A stretch of DNA of 64,000 nucleotides from Heterodontus francisci (lineage: Eukaryota): the NCBI RefSeq assembly GCF_036365525.1, contig NC_090404.1, positions 7,750,001 through 7,814,000 of the forward strand, given 5' to 3'. Of this stretch, positions 1 through 14,200 are shown piece by piece. Position numbers and translations under genes: made by a program. The notes below the pieces were generated by a model. The model did not search any database. It was not told where the DNA came from and worked only from the letters and a program-made list of their open reading frames with translations. Positions within the stretch are counted from its first letter, which is position 1, and each line of letters begins with the position of its first letter.

Positions 1-780
1 TATAATTTTATACGCCTCAACTAAATCTCCGTCCAGTCTCCTCTGTTCCAAAGAAAACAAGCCCAGCCTATACAATCATTCCTCATTGCTAAAATTCTAC
101 AGCCTTGTCAACATCTTGTTAAATCTCCTCTGTATCCTCTCTGGTGCGATCGCACCTATCCTGTAATGCAGTGACCAGAACTCTACACAGTACAGCTACT
201 GTACACAGTAGTTACTGTGGTCTAACTAGTGTTTTATTCAGGTCTAGGATAACCTCCCTGCTCTTGTAATAAAAGATCAAATACTGGAAAAAAATACTTG
301 CTGCTCTTATAGACAAGGTTCGGCTAATAAAGGAAACTATCCCATATGCATTCTTAACCATCTTATCTCCCTGCCTTGCTGCCTTCAGGGATCTGTGAAC
401 AACTACTCCAAGGTCTCTCTACACTTCTCAGTATTCTACCAATAATATTGTATTCCCTTACCTTGTTAGCATTCCCCAAATGCATTACCTCAACTTGTCC
501 ATATTGAAATCCATTTGTCTCCTTTCCACTCACTTGACCAGTCCATTGATATCTTACTGCAGTTTACAGCTTTCTTCCTCACTGTCAACCACAAGGCTGC
601 AAACATCGTAATCACGACCCCTACATTAAAGTCTAAATTATTGATATATACTGTCATTGATAATGATATAATACTGAGTCATGCAGATCCCCACTGGAAA
701 CAGCCTTCCAGTCACAAACACCTCTTGACCATTACCCTTTGCTTCCTGCTGCTCCAGCTGACAACACTTCCTGCACATAT
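1..780 (-). mobile_element. CR1 LINE ORF2 (RT C-terminal) fragment, decayed
   Basis: Antisense sequence resembles CR1 RT 3' part and is similar to the RT region of the element at 37.7-38.6 kb; multiple stops. Confidence 0.7.
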
Positions 781-1169
781 GATTGAGAAGTGTCCTTGAG
801 TTCCCACATGGAACAGGATGTACACGCCACTGGACTGAGATGCTCTGCCATGCTTTTATTTATTAAACTTTTAATTGACTTAACCAGAAAAAAATTAAGA
901 TTAAAATAAAGATTGATCAGCTTTTGTTTCCTTTGTGCTGATGTCACTTTATTTCATAATGAGTTAAATGTTTTACTGAACTCTTATCTGTATAGCTCAG
1001 ATTTTAATTTACAGAAACATTCAAAACCATTTATTCTCATTATCCCTTGTTATTTAACTTTAGCCCCTTGATATGATTAACTGAACACTAACTGTAATTA
1101 TGATAAATTATCAAATTGGTTTGAGCTTTATGCTAATTAATTGAACTAGTCTTACTTTCTAGTTGATTA

Positions 1170-1670
1170 AATGTAGTGACCATATCTGTACACAGTTCTC
1201 TAACTATGGGGTGTCTGACGAGTGTTTTATACAGTTCTAGTATGATCTCCCTGCTCTTATGCTCTAGGCCTTGGCTAAGAAAGGAAAGTCTACTGTACGC
1301 CTTCTTGAGCACCTTATAAACCTGTCCTGCTACCCTCAGGTATCTGTGGACTTGCACTCCAAGGTTCCTCTGTTCCTCTACACTTTCCAGAATTCTCACT
1401 GTGCATTCCCTTGCCTTGTTTTCCCTCCCCAAATGCATTACCTCACACTTCTCCGGTTGAATTCCATTTGCCACTTTTTGCCCACCTGACAATGATATCT
1501 TCCTGCAGTTTATGGATTTCTTTCTTAATATCAACCGCACGACTAATCTTTGTATCATTTGCGAACTTCTTAATCATGGCCCCTACAGTTAAGTCTAAAT
1601 CGTTGATATATACCGTGAAAAGCAAGAGGCCTAATGCTGAGCTCTGGAAACAGGTTTCCAGTCAGGATTC
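1170..1670 (-). mobile_element. CR1 LINE RT fragment
   Basis: ORFs 1443-1625 (LFTVYINDLD...KFANDTK) and 1133-1558 (PEKCEVMHLG...LYKTLVR) carry CR1 RT motifs in shifted frames. Confidence 0.85.
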
Positions 1671-1689
1671 AGTTCTGGAAGTGATTAAT

Positions 1690-2960
1690 AGCAGCAATAT
1701 TAGCATCCAACCCCTGCAGTCACTTGTGAACTCGTTGGTGTTTCAGCAGGTTGCCTGACTGAGTTAATCTCTTCCCAGATGCAGAGCAGGTGAACGGTCT
1801 TTCCCCTGTGTGAACTCTCTGGTGTTTCAGAAGAGAGGATGAAGCAGTGAATTCTGCTCACATTCAGTGCAACTGAACGGCCTCTCCCCAGTGTGAGTAC
1901 GTTGGTGTTTTATCAGATCGTTTTTGCATTTAACTCTCTTCTCACAGTCAGAACATTTCAAAGGTCTCTTATCAGTGTGAACAAGTTGGTGCATCTGCAG
2001 GGTGGATGACTGAGTGAATCCCTTCCCATGCACAGAGCAGGTGAACGGCCTCTCCCCAGTGTGAGTACTTTGGTGCATCAGTAGATTGTTTTTGCATTTA
2101 AATCTCTTCTCAGTCAGAATATTAAAAGGGTCTCTTATCAGAATGAACCTGCTGGTGTGTCCGGAGGTGTGGTAAAGCATAAAATCCCTTCCCACATTCA
2201 AGGCAGATGAATGGCCTCTCTCCAGTATGAACTCGCTGATGTGTATAGAGGGTGGATGACTGAGTGAATCCCTTCCCACACACTGAGCAGGTGAACAGTC
2301 TCTCCCCTGTGTGAGTGCGTTGGTGGTTCAGTAAATCTTTTTTACTTTTAAAGGCCTTCTCACAGTCAGAACATTTAAAAGGTCTCTTATCAGTTTGAAC
2401 AATTTGGTGCGTCAGGAGGTGGGATGACTGTGTGAATCCCTTCCCACACACTGAGCAAGTGAATGGTCTCTCCCCTGTGAGAGTGTGTTGGTGTGTCAGT
2501 AGATTGTTCGAACTTTTAAAGTTCTTCTCACAGTCAGAACATTTAAATAGTCTCTTATCAGAGTGAACCCGCTGGTGTTTCTGGAGGGTTGATAAAACAT
2601 TAAATCCTTTCCCACATTTAAGGCTGGTGAATGGCTTCTCTCCAGTATGAACTCGCTGACGTATACAGAGACTGGGCGACAAAGTGAATCCTTCCCCCAT
2701 ACCCTGAACAGGTGAACGGCCTCTCCCCTGTGTAAGTGCGCCGATGAATTTCCAGTTCAGACGGGTAACTGAATCCCTTCCCAAGGTCTCCACATTTCCA
2801 TGGTTTCTCCGTGGTGTGGGGTGTCCTTGTGTCTTTCCAGGTTGAATGATCAGTTGAAGCCTCGTCCACACACAGAACACATGTACAGCTTCTCCCTGTT
2901 GTGAATAGTGTGATGTTTTTTCAGGCTGTGTAACTGGTTAAAGCTCTTTCCACAGTCAGT
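1690..2960 (-). pseudogene. Tandem C2H2 (Kruppel-type) zinc-finger gene, frameshifted
   Basis: Many CxxC..H..H fingers with HTGERPF/HTGEKPF linkers split over three frames (ORFs 2618-2869, 2122-2880, 1827-2279); several fingers lack ligands. Confidence 0.85.
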
Positions 2961-3379
2961 GCACTGGAACACTCTAACTCAGTTGTGTGTATCTCGGTGC
3001 TTTTCCAATCACACTGATGTTTGAAGTATTTTCCCACAGACAGAAAAGACAAACATTTCTCCTTCCACATTCAAAGGCTGATGATATTCGGATCCTGATG
3101 AATTGAGTGACTGTCAGATCTTAACCTGATGCTTGGTTTGAGCTTACCGTCTGCAAATCCTCCCCTTCTAATCCCCTATAAAAGGAGTTGACGCAGCACT
3201 ACTTGGAATATACAGAACACAAACAGGCCATTCAGCTGAACTAGTTTTTGTTGGAGCTTCTACCCCACATGCGTCTTCTCCCATTTCATCTACCTCCTCT
3301 CAGCCTTCAGTATATCTTTCTATTGCCTTTGCTCTCATATTCTCATCTAGTTTTCTTTTGAAAGTATCCAAGCTATTTT

Positions 3380-4297
3380 TGTCATGGTTTAGTTTTTTAC
3401 CACTGGGGAATATGTGATGTGTCTATAAGGCGGGAAAAGGAACCGTACTGCTTTAAGAACCAGCAAGTCTCAGGAGTTTGAGAAAATGCATTTTGGCTGC
3501 CGTTGGATACAGCCATTTGGAGACTGTGATTCAAAGGGTGCATTCTCGTTACCATGGATACAGCCACTTGGACTGAGCATCAAGCAATACATTTTTACAA
3601 TTTATATTGAACTGGCTTTTTAGTTGAAGACAGTCTGTTCTAACAGAACACAGACAGACAGCTGGTGTTAGCACCTGAAAAAAGAGCTGTCTGCCCTTTA
3701 AATTGAAGGAAGAGAATTTTGTTTAATTATTATTATCTTACAAAATTCTAAAAAAAGTCAAGTCAAAACAGAGATCTCTGTTAGTTAAACTGAAGGAAGG
3801 GAAGCTAGACTGTGACAATCTTTTATCCCTCAAAAACTCCAAAGTCATATTGATTCTATTGAAAATGTTTGCAAGTTGTTAATTGTTGAAATCCATTACT
3901 GAAGGAATTAGACTACGGGCCATTCTGCTGTGGAAGAACCTTGTTTTCCCCATCAGACAACTGTGAGGACTTCAAGCAACATTGGACTGTAAATTTGCAA
4001 GGACTTTATTTTTTTTTTCCATTTAATATGTTGTTTATATCTTCATAGTGATTAAGAATTTAGTTTTTTTAAATTAAAAAGTTAATTTGTTCGTTTAAAG
4101 ACACCTTGTTGGTTAGCCTCATTCGGGGGTTAATAGATGGTACAATTTGGCTGGGTCTCTCTTTAATTTGGAAGTTTTAAATGATATGTTATGCGATCTG
4201 TGGAGCGACGGGATTTAATTATCAGTGCGTTTCTCCCACCACATTCAGAATCGTATATTTTGATTGGGGGCTTTGACTGGAGCGGTCGGTCGTAACA
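3380..4297. mobile_element. Probable solo LTR inserted in a CR1 3' fragment
   Basis: Begins TGTCA, ends TAACA, near-matching flanks (atttt/atttc); CR1-like sequence on both sides reads as continuous once the insert is removed. Confidence 0.5.
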
Positions 4298-4974
4298 ATT
4301 TCCTCAACCACTTTCTGTGATACCGAGTTCCACATTTCATCCACTCTGAGTAAGGAAATCTGTCCTGTTGGATTTATAACTACCTATCTTGCCCCTAACT
4401 TTGGATTCTCCCACAAGAGGAAATATTCACTCCATATCTACCCTGTCCATATCATACATAATTTTAAAGAATTCCATCACATCACCTCTAAGTCTTCCCT
4501 TTTCTAACATGAAAAGACCCACCCTGTTTAACCTTTCTCAATAGCTGTAATTTAATAATTTACAAAAGGCATCACTGTCAGTCCAGGATGGAAATTCAGC
4601 AGAGACAAACATTTCTCTTGGTTTAAGATTCCTGTGTGTAAATCATCCCATTCTAAGCCCTGTAAAAGGAGTTTACAAAAGCCATCACTGTCAGTCCAGA
4701 ATAGAAATTCACAACATTCTCTCTTCCTGCTTCTTGGCCCAGGACGGCCGCACATGCGCTCTGCTGCACAATCCCCTCTATAAATATGGCGGCTGTTACC
4801 CTGGGCCTGTCACTGGGAGAAGTCCAGTAGCTGCCGCCCCGCTCGGTGCAAACACGGGACCAGTAACTTCTTATTCGGGGTGTTGAGGCCTACACTGGGT
4901 GTTTGTAAATTGGATAATGTTCCCAATTTTATATGGGGTCCTCGGGCTGCCCTTTTAACTCCTCCCGTCTCACT

Positions 4975-5295
4975 GTCCAAGGCCCCAAACACTCCCTCAA
5001 GGTGCAACAATGATTTACTTGTACTTCTTTCAATTTAGTATACTATATTTACTGCTCACAATGCATTTTCCTCTACACTGAGGAGACCAATCACAGATTG
5101 ATTGACCGCTTTGTGGAATACCTCCATTCAGTTCGCCAGCATGACTCTGAACTTCTCCGTTCCACTCCCACTCTGCCCTCAGCCTCCTACACTGTTCTAC
5201 TGAAGCTCAACAGAAGCTCGAGGAACAGCAGCTCATCTTTCAATTTGGCATTTCAGTCTTCTGGACTCAACACTGAGTTCAACAATTTCAGATCA
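4975..5295 (+). mobile_element. Penelope-like element GIY-YIG endonuclease fragment
   Basis: Degenerate translation FTCTSFNLVYYIYCSQC..LY.EET..RL.DRF.E.L.SVR typical of Penelope GIY-YIG. Confidence 0.7.
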
Positions 5296-5739
5296 TTTCT
5301 GTTACAATTCAGTGGGATGTAAACAGCAACCCTGGCACTTACCAGCACCTTCAGGAGAGATGGTGAGAAACCCCCTGTGTGCAGAGTGAGAATACAATCA
5401 TTGTCTGCAAATCCTCCCCTTCTAATATCCTGTAAAAGGAGTTGACAACATTCATCACCGTCAGTTCAGGATAGAAATTCAGAACAGACAATTCTAGTTT
5501 CTAAGGAACATTCTTTCCTCTCTTGTTCCCCCAAAGCTGTAAATATCTGCCCCACACACTCTCCCTCCTCCCTGTGCTGAAATCCAAAGCCATGGCACTA
5601 TCTGCACCATTTCTTTCCTCCACTGCCAGTTTTCTCCCTCCCTCTACTCTGACTGGGTTCAGTTCTCCAGCCCCTGTGTGCAGAGTGAGAATCAAATCAA
5701 CGAGTCAATGATTTTCACACCTGGCCACTGGGACCCTGA

Positions 5740-5880
5740 AGCTCCGCCCCAATCTCTGCCGTCACCAAGATGGCCGCGCATGCGCTCCGCTCCCCACTTA
5801 ACCAAGATAGCGGCCGTTATCCTGGGCCTGTTCCCAGGAAAAAGCCCCGGAGCTGCAATCGTGGGACCTGCAGGTTCTTA
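5740..5880 (-). promoter_or_regulatory. CpG-rich promoter-like region, probably of the ZNF gene (GC box, YY1-like and NRF1 motifs)
   Basis: CTCCGCCC, CAAGATGGCCGC overlapping GCGCATGCGC at 5766-5785; diverged second copy near 4740-4830. Confidence 0.5.
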
Positions 5881-6099
5881 AATAAGAGCAAAATTTGGAG
5901 TTTTTTATTCGAGGCTTGCGGCCTACACCAGGTTTTTCTGAAGTCTCCCCACCGACCCGCCGACTCCATTTCTCCCCTACACCCCGCCGATCGTCACCCC
6001 TGCAATGTTCACTGAGAGAGCCCGGAGGAGCAAGAGGGGAGAAACAGTGAGAATTTACCCAGACGAGGGGGATTTCCGCCACCGTTGTCAGGCGTTCAT

Positions 6100-6660
6100 T
6101 CGAGGTGCGACATCACAGGAAAGTCGGTAAGTGATTGGCTGCTGCGTATTTCTTGGTTATTTAACCAGGAAATAAATTGGTGTGTCTTTCCTTTTCAGCT
6201 GAGGTTTATTATTACTAAGATGGTATTAAGTATTAGCATTGTTTATTAGTTTTGATAAGGTTTATTAACATTGGTAAGATTTATTAGTGTTGGTAAGGAT
6301 TTATTAACAGTCACACGGTTATTAACTAACGAATAAACGAAGAGCAGGGCTGCTCCAACCTCCAAAGTGCACAGGATGTGTGCTATGTGGCAACTCCAGG
6401 ATTCCTCCATTGTCCTGGATAACCATATGTGTAGCAAGTGTTGTCAGTCGCAGCAGCTTAAGTTCCGAGATTTGGAATTTGAGCAGCACAGGAATCACTG
6501 CAGTGCATTCGTGAGGCTGAGCGCTACGTGGATAGCATGTTTATAGATGTGTTCAACCTGCAGCTTAAGAGTTGGCAGGGAGAGAGGGAATGGGTGACCG
6601 CCAGGCAGCCAAAAAGAAACAGTGCGGGAGACCCCGTATCACTCTCCAGCATGTATTCAT
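6100..6660 (+). mobile_element. CR1 5' UTR and ORF1 start fragment
   Basis: Short 19-bp GTTTATT repeats (6235-6310) followed by degenerate ORF1 (C..CAMWQL.D...NHMCSKCCQ), similar to 29948-30260. Confidence 0.7.
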
Positions 6661-7339
6661 GCCAGCATTGAGGGAGGAGGCAATGGGCGTGAGAAAACCT
6701 GCTTGATAATTACAGTAAATAGGCAGGAAGGTAACAGCTCGAGATGGAGTGTGAAATTGGGAATTTTGTAAGTATGGGAATTTTAAGGGTTAATTTTAAG
6801 GGTTAGTCTCTTTCTAAAAGCTAGTCAAGTTTGCATATGGCTTTTGACAACAATTCACTGTTGAAGTAGTTTAATTAAGTCTTGGGGATAAACAAGCTCC
6901 CTGCTGGAGAGGTAGCTACTGTTCTTTAATGAGGTAGCTAGTTGGAACTGGTTTCTCCAGCCAGCAGTACCTGACTCAGCTCTGTAGCGTTTCACCCAGA
7001 ATAAATACAGGTGGTTTGACTAAGCACAGAAAGTAAGCAGACATGCAGGTAGCAGCTCGAGACAGAGTGTGAGCTTGGAAATTCACTAAGGGTGGAAATT
7101 CGACCAGTGTGGAATTCGGGAGTAGTGTCATGGAGGACGTGTTGCTCTGACCCTTCGTAAAGACTGTGTGGTCTTAGCAGTGGTGATCAGCAGTGAGAAG
7201 AGAAAGCTGAAGGCTGGAAACATTAATTAGGTGACCAGTCAGGCGAGTGGCTGCAGAGTTTTAAGTTTTTTTTTCTCTAAATGGGGAGAGTAGTTTAATT
7301 AGTTTGTGAGTTATAAATGTTGCATTAAATTTATATCTA

Positions 7340-8075
7340 GAGCGGTGGATTAGAAAAGAGCAGGGTCAGTGAGGGAGCAGAGCCAAAGCAGTGGATTAGA
7401 AAAGAGCGGGGCTGGTGAGAGAGCAGAGTCAGAGTGGTGGATTAGAAAAGAGTAGGGCCTATGAGGGAGCAGAGTCAGAGCGGTGGATTAGAAAAGAGCG
7501 AGGTCAGTGAGGGAGCAGAGCCAAAGCAGTGGATTAGAAAAGAGCGGGGCCGGTGAGGGAGCAGAGTCAGAACGGATTAGAAAAGAGTGGGGTCGATGAG
7601 GGAGCAGACTCAGAGCGGTGGATTAGAAAAGAGCGAGGTCAGTGAGGGAGCAGAGCCAAAGCAGTGGATTAGAAAAGAGCGGGGCCGGTGAGGGAGCAGA
7701 GTCAGAGCGGTGGATTAGAAAAGATTGGGGTCAATGAGAGAGCAGAGTCAGAGCAGATTAGAAAAGAGCGGGGCCTGTGAGAGAGCAGAGTCAGAGTGGA
7801 TTAGAAAAGAGCGGGGCCGGTGAGAGCCGAGTCAGAGCAGTGGAGTAGAAAAGAGCGGAGCCAGTGCGGGAGCAGAGCCAGAGCGGTGGATTAGAAATGA
7901 GCGGGGCCAGTGAGGGAGCAGAGCTCGGGCAGTGGATTCGAGAAGAGCGGGGCCAGTTAGGGAGCCGATTCAGAGCGGTGGATTAGAAAAGAGTGACGCT
8001 GGTGATGGAGTCGGAGCCAGAGCAGTGGATTAGAAAATAGCAGGGCCGGTGATGGAGCAGCGCCAGAGGGGTGGA
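7340..8075. repeat. 46-bp GA-rich minisatellite, about 16 copies
   Basis: GATTAGAAAAGAG recurs at 7348, 7394, 7440, 7486 and onward. Confidence 0.95.
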
Positions 8076-8214
8076 TAGCTTCTGGTTTCAGAGCGGACCA
8101 GCTGTATTCTCAAGAAAATCAAGCGTGCTGTGACTGTGGAGCAGGTAAGTGATTGGTGAGTATATTTTTCTCTTTTTCTTACTTTTTAAAACCTCCTTTC
8201 TCTCTTGAAACGCA

Positions 8215-11200
8215 GGTAGTTATTAGTAGTGGTATAGTTTATTCATAGTAGCACAGTTTATTAGTAGTGGTAAGGTTTATTCGTAGTAGCACAGTTTATT
8301 AGTAGTGGTGAGGTTTATTTGTAGTAGCACAGTTTATTAGTAGTGGTGAGGTTTATTTGTAGTACCACAGTTTATTAGTAGTGGTGAGGTTTATTTGTAA
8401 TAGCACAGTTTATTAGTAGTGGTAAAGTTTATTCAGAGTAGCACAGTTTATTAGTAGTGGTAAGGTTTCGTTGTCGTAGCACAGTTTATTAGTAGTGGTA
8501 AGGTTTAGTTGTCATAGCACAGTTTATTAGTAGTGGTGAGGTTTATTTGTAATAGCACAGTTTATTAGTAGTGGTAAAGTTTATTCAGAGTAGCACAGTT
8601 TATTAGTAGTGGTAAGGTTTCGTTGTCGTAGCACAGTTTATTAGTAGTGGTAAGGTTTAGTTGTCATAGCACAGTTTATTAGTAGTGGTAAAGTTTATTC
8701 AGAGTAGCACAGTTTATTAGTAGTGGTAAGGTTTATTCGTAGTAGCACAGTTTATTAGTAGTGGTAAGGTATATTCGTAGTAGCACAGTTTATTAGTAGT
8801 GGTAAGGTTTATTTGTAGTAGCACAGTTTATTAGTAGTGGTAAGGTTTATTTGTAGTAGCACAGTTTATTAGTAGTGGTGAGGTTTATTTGTTGCAGCAC
8901 AGTTGATTAGTAGTGGTAAGGTTTATTCGGAGTAGGACAGTTTATTGGTAATAGTAAGGTTTATTCGTAGTAGCACAGTTTATTAGTAGTGGTCAGGTTT
9001 ATTTGGAGTAGCACAGTTTATTAGTAGTGGTAAGGTTTATTTGCAGTAGCACAGTTTATTAGTAGTGGTAAGGTTTATTCGTAGTAGCACAGTTTATTGG
9101 TAATAGTAAGGTTTATTTGCAGTAGCACAGTTTATTAGTAGTGGTCAGGTTTATTTGGAGTAGCACAGTTTATTAGTAGTGGTAAGGTTTATTTGCAGTA
9201 GCACAGTTTATTGGTAGTGGTAAGGTTTATTCGGAGTAGGACAGTTTATTGGTAATAGTAAGGTTTATTCGTAGTAGCACAGTTTATTAGTAGTGGTCAG
9301 GTTTATTTGGAGTAGCACAGTTTATTAGTAGTGGTAAGGTTTGTTTGCAGTAGCACAGTTTATTAGTAGTGGTAAGGTTTATTTGGAGTAGCACAGTTTA
9401 TTAGTAGTGGTCAGGTTTATTTGGAGTAGCACAGTTTATTAGTAGTGGTAAGGATTATTTGGAGTAGCACAGTTTATTAGTAGTGGTCAGGTTTATTTGG
9501 AGTAGCACAGTTTATTAGTAGTGGTAAGGTTTATTTGGAGTAGCACAGTTTATTAGTAGTGGTCAGGTTTATTTGGAGTAGCACAGTTTATTAGTAGTGG
9601 TCAGGTTTATTTGGAGTAGCACAGTTTATTAGTAGTGGTAAGGTTTATTTGGAGTAGCACAGTTTATTAGTAGTAGTAAGGTTTATTTGGAGTAGCACAG
9701 TTTATTATTAGTGGTCAGGATTATTTGGAGTAGCACAGTTTATTAGTAGTAGTAAGGTTTATTTGGAGTAGCACAGTTTATTAGTAGTGTTCAGGTTTAT
9801 TTGGAGTAGCACAGTTTATTAGTAGTGGTCAGGTTTATTTGGAGTAGCACAGTTTATTAGTAGTGGTAAGGTTTATTTGCAGTAGCACAGTTTATTAGTA
9901 GTGGTAAGGTTTATTTGGAGTAGCACAGTTTATTAGTAGTGGTCAGGTTTATTTGGAGTAGCACAGTTTATTAGTAGTGGTCAGGTTTATTTGGAGTAGC
10001 ACAGTTTATTAGTAGTGGTCAGGTTTATTTGGAGTAGCACAGTTTATTAGTAGTGGTAAGGTTTATTTGGAGTAGCACAGTTTATTAGTAGTGGTCAGGT
10101 TTATTTGGAGAAGCACAGTTTATTAGTAGTGGTCAGGTTTATTTGGAGTAGCACAGTTTATTAGTAGTGGTAAGGTTTATTTGGAGTAGCACAGTTTATT
10201 AGTAGGAGTAAGGTTTATTTGGAGTAGCACAGTTTATTAGTAGTGGTCAGGTTTATTTGGAGTAGCACAGTTTATTAGTAGTAGTAAGGTTTATTTGGAG
10301 TAGCACAGTTTATTAGTAGTGTTCAGGTTTATTTGGAGTAGCACAGTTTATTAGTAGTGGTAAGGTTTATTTGGAGTAGCACAGTTTATTAGTAGTAGTA
10401 AGGTTTATTTGGAGTAGCACAGTTTATTAGTAGTGGTCAGGTTTATTCGTAGTAGCACAGTTTATTAGTAGTGGTCAGGTTTATTCGTAGTAGCACAGTT
10501 TATTAGTAGTGGTAAGGTTTATTTGGAGTAGCACAGTTTATTAGTAGTGGTAAGGTTTATTTGGAGTAGCACAGTTTATTAGTAGTGTTCAGGTTTATTT
10601 GGAGTAGCACAGTTTATTAGTAGTGGTCAGGTTTATTTGGAGTAGCACAGTTTATTATTAGTGGTAAGGTTTATTTGGAGTAGCACAGTTTATTAGTAGT
10701 GTTCAGATTTATTTGGAGTAGCACAGTTTATTAGTAGTGGTCAGGTTTATTCGTAGTAGCACAGTTTATTAGTAGTGGTAAGGTTTATTTGGAGTAGCAC
10801 AGTTTATTAGTAGTAGTAAGGTTTATTTGGAGTAGCACAGTTTATTAGTAGTGTTCAGGTTTATTTGGAGCAGCACAGTTTATTAGTAGTGGTAAGGTTT
10901 ATTTGGAGTAGCACAGTTTATTAGTAGTGGTCAGGTTTATTTGGAGTAGCACAGTTTATTAGTAGTGGTAAGGTTTATTTGGAGTAGCACAGTTTATTAG
11001 TAGTGGTCAGGTTTATTTGGAGTAGCACAGTTTATTAGTAGTGGTCAGGTTTATTTGGAGTAGCACAGTTTATTAGTAGTGGTAAGGTTTATTTGGAGTA
11101 GCACAGTTTATTAGTAGTAGTAAGGTTTATTTGGAGTAGCACAGTTTATTAGTAGTGGTCAGGTTTATTTGGAGTAGCACAGTTTATTAGTAGTAGTAAG

Positions 11201-14200
11201 GTTTATTTGGAGTAGCACAGTTTATCAGTAGTGTTCAGGTTTATTTGGAGTAGCACAGTTTATTAGTAGTGGTAAGGTTTATTTGGAGTAGCACAGTTTA
11301 TTAGTAGTCGTAAGGTTTATTTGGAGTAGCACAGTTTATTAGTAGTGGTCAGGTTTATTCGTAGTAGCACAGTTTATTAGTAGTGGTCAGGTTTATTCGT
11401 AGTAGCACAGTTTATTAGTAGTGGTCAGGTTTATTCGTAGTAGCACAGTTTATTAGTAGTAGTAAGGTTTATTTGGAGTAGCACAGTTTATTAGTAGTGG
11501 TAAGGTTTATTTGGAGTAGCACAGTTTATTAGTAGTGGTCAGGTTTATTTGGAGTAGCACAGTTTATTAGTAGTGGTCAGGTTTATTTGGAGTAGCACAG
11601 TTTATTAGTAGTGGTCAGGTTTATTTGGAGTAGCACAGTTTATTAGTAGTGGTCAGGTTTATTTGGAGTAGCACAGTTTATTAGTAGTGGTAAGGTTTAT
11701 TTGGAGTAGCACAGTTTATTAGTAGTAGTAAGGTATATTTGGAGTAGCACAGTTTATTAGTAGTGGTCAGGTTTATTTGGAGTAGCACAATTTATTAGTA
11801 GTAGTAAGGTTTATTTGGAGTAGCACAGTTTATTAGTAGTGTTCAGGTTTATTTGGAGTAGCACAGTTTATTAGTAGTGGTCAGGTTTATTTGGAGTAGC
11901 ACAGTTTATTAGTAGTGGTAAGGTTTATTTGCAGTAGCACAGTTTATTAGTAGTGGTCAGGTTTATTTGGAGTAGCACAGTTTATTAGTAGTGGTCAGGT
12001 TTATTTGGAGTAGCACAGTTTATTAGTAGTAGTAAGGTTTATTTGGAGTAGCACAGTTTATTAGTAGTGTTCAGGTTTATTTGGAGTAGCACAGTTTATT
12101 AGTAGTGGTAAGGTTTATTTGGAGTAGCACAGTTTATTAGTAGTAGTAAGGTTTATTTGGAGTAGCACAGTTTATTAGTAGTGGTCAGGTTTATTCGTAG
12201 TAGCACAGTTTATTAGTAGTGGTCAGGTTTATTCGTAGTAGCACAGTTTATTAGTAGTGGTAAGGTTTATTTGGAGTAGCACAGTTTATTAGTAGTGGTA
12301 AGGTTTATTTGGAGTAGCACAGTTTATTAGTAGTGTTCAGGTTTATTTGGAGTAGCACAGTTTATTAGTAGTGGTCAGGTTTATTTGGAGTAGCACAGTT
12401 TATTATTAGTGGTAAGGTTTATTTGGAGTAGCACAGTTTATTAGTCGTGTTCAGATTTATTTGGAGTAGCACAGTTTATTAGTAGTGGTCAGGTTTATTC
12501 GTAGTAGCACAGTTTATTAGTAGTGGTAAGGTTTATTTGGAGTAGCACAGTTTATTAGTAGTAGTAAGGTTTATTTGGAGTAGCACAGTTTATTAGTAGT
12601 GGTAAGCTTTATTTGGAGTAGCACAGTTTATTAGTAGTGGTCAGGTTTATTTGGAGTAGCACAGTTTATTATTAGTGGTAAGGTTTATTTGGAGTCGCAC
12701 AGTTTATTAGTAGTGTTCAGGTTTATTTGGAGTAGCACAGTTTATTAGTAGTGGTAAGGTTTATTTGGAGTAGCACAGTTTATTAGTAGTGGTCAGGTTT
12801 ATTTGGAGTAGCACAGTTTATTAGTAGTGGTAAGGTTTATTTGGAGTAGCACAGTTTATTAGTAGTGGTCAGGTTTATTTGGAGTAGCACAGTTTATTAG
12901 TAGTGGTAAGGTTTATTTGGAGTAGCACAGTTTATTAGTAGTGTTCAGGTTTATTTGGAGTAGCACAGTTTATTAGTAGTAGTAAGGTTTATTTGGAGTA
13001 GCACAGTTTATTAGTAGTGGTCAGGTTTATTTGGAGTAGCACAGTTTATTCGTAGTGTTCAGATTTATTTGGAGAAGCACAGTTTATTAGTAGTGGTCAG
13101 GTTTATTTGGAGTAGCACAGTTTATTAGTAGTGGTAAGGTTTATTTGGAGTAGCACAGTTTATTAGTAGTAGTAAGGTTTATTTGGAGTAGCACAGTTTA
13201 TTAGTAGTGGTCAGGTTTATTTGGAGTAGCACAGTTTATTAGTAGTAGTAAGGTTTATTTGGAGTAGCACAGTTTATTAGTAGTGTTCAGGTTTATTTGG
13301 AGTAGCACAGTTTATTAGTAGTGGTAAGGTTTATTTGGAGTAGCACAGTTTATTAGTAGTAGTAAGGTTTATTTGGAGTAGCACAGTTTATTAGTAGTGG
13401 TCAGGTTTATTCGTAGTAGCACAGTTTATTAGTAGTGGTCAGGTTTATTCGTAGTAGCACAGTTTATTAGTAGTGGTAAGGTTTATTTGGAGTAGCACAG
13501 TTTATTAGTAGTGGTAAGGTTTATTTGGAGTAGCACAGTTTATTAGTAGTGTTCAGGTTTATTTGGAGTAGCACAGTTTATTAGTAGTGGTCAGGTTTAT
13601 TTGGAGTAGCACAGTTTATTATTAGTGGTAAGGTTTATTTGGAGTAGCACAGTTTATTAGTAGTGTTCAGATTTATTTGGAGTAGCACAGTTTATTAGTA
13701 GTGGTCAGGTTTATTCGTAGTAGCACAGTTTATTAGTAGTGGTAAGGTTTATTTGGAGTAGCACAGTTTATTAGTAGTAGTAAGGTTTATTTGGAGTAGC
13801 ACAGTTTATTAGTAGTGTTCAGGTTTATTTGGAGTAGCACAGTTTATTAGTAGTGGTAAGGTTTATTTGGAGTAGCACAGTTTATTAGTAGTGGTCAGGT
13901 TTATTTGGAGTAGCACAGTTTATTAGTAGTGGTAAGGTTTATTTGGAGTAGCACAGTTTATTAGTAGTGGTCAGGTTTATTTGGAGTAGCACAGTTTATT
14001 AGTAGTAGTAAGCTTTATTTGGAGTAGCACAGTTTATTAGTAGTGGTCAGGTTTATTTGGAGTAGCACAGTTTATTAGTAGTGGTAAGGTTTATTTGGAG
14101 TAGCACAGTTTATTAGTAGTAGTAAGGTTTATTTGGAGTAGCACAGTTTATTAGTAGTGGTCAGGTTTATTTGGAGTAGCACAGTTTATTAGTAGTAGTA

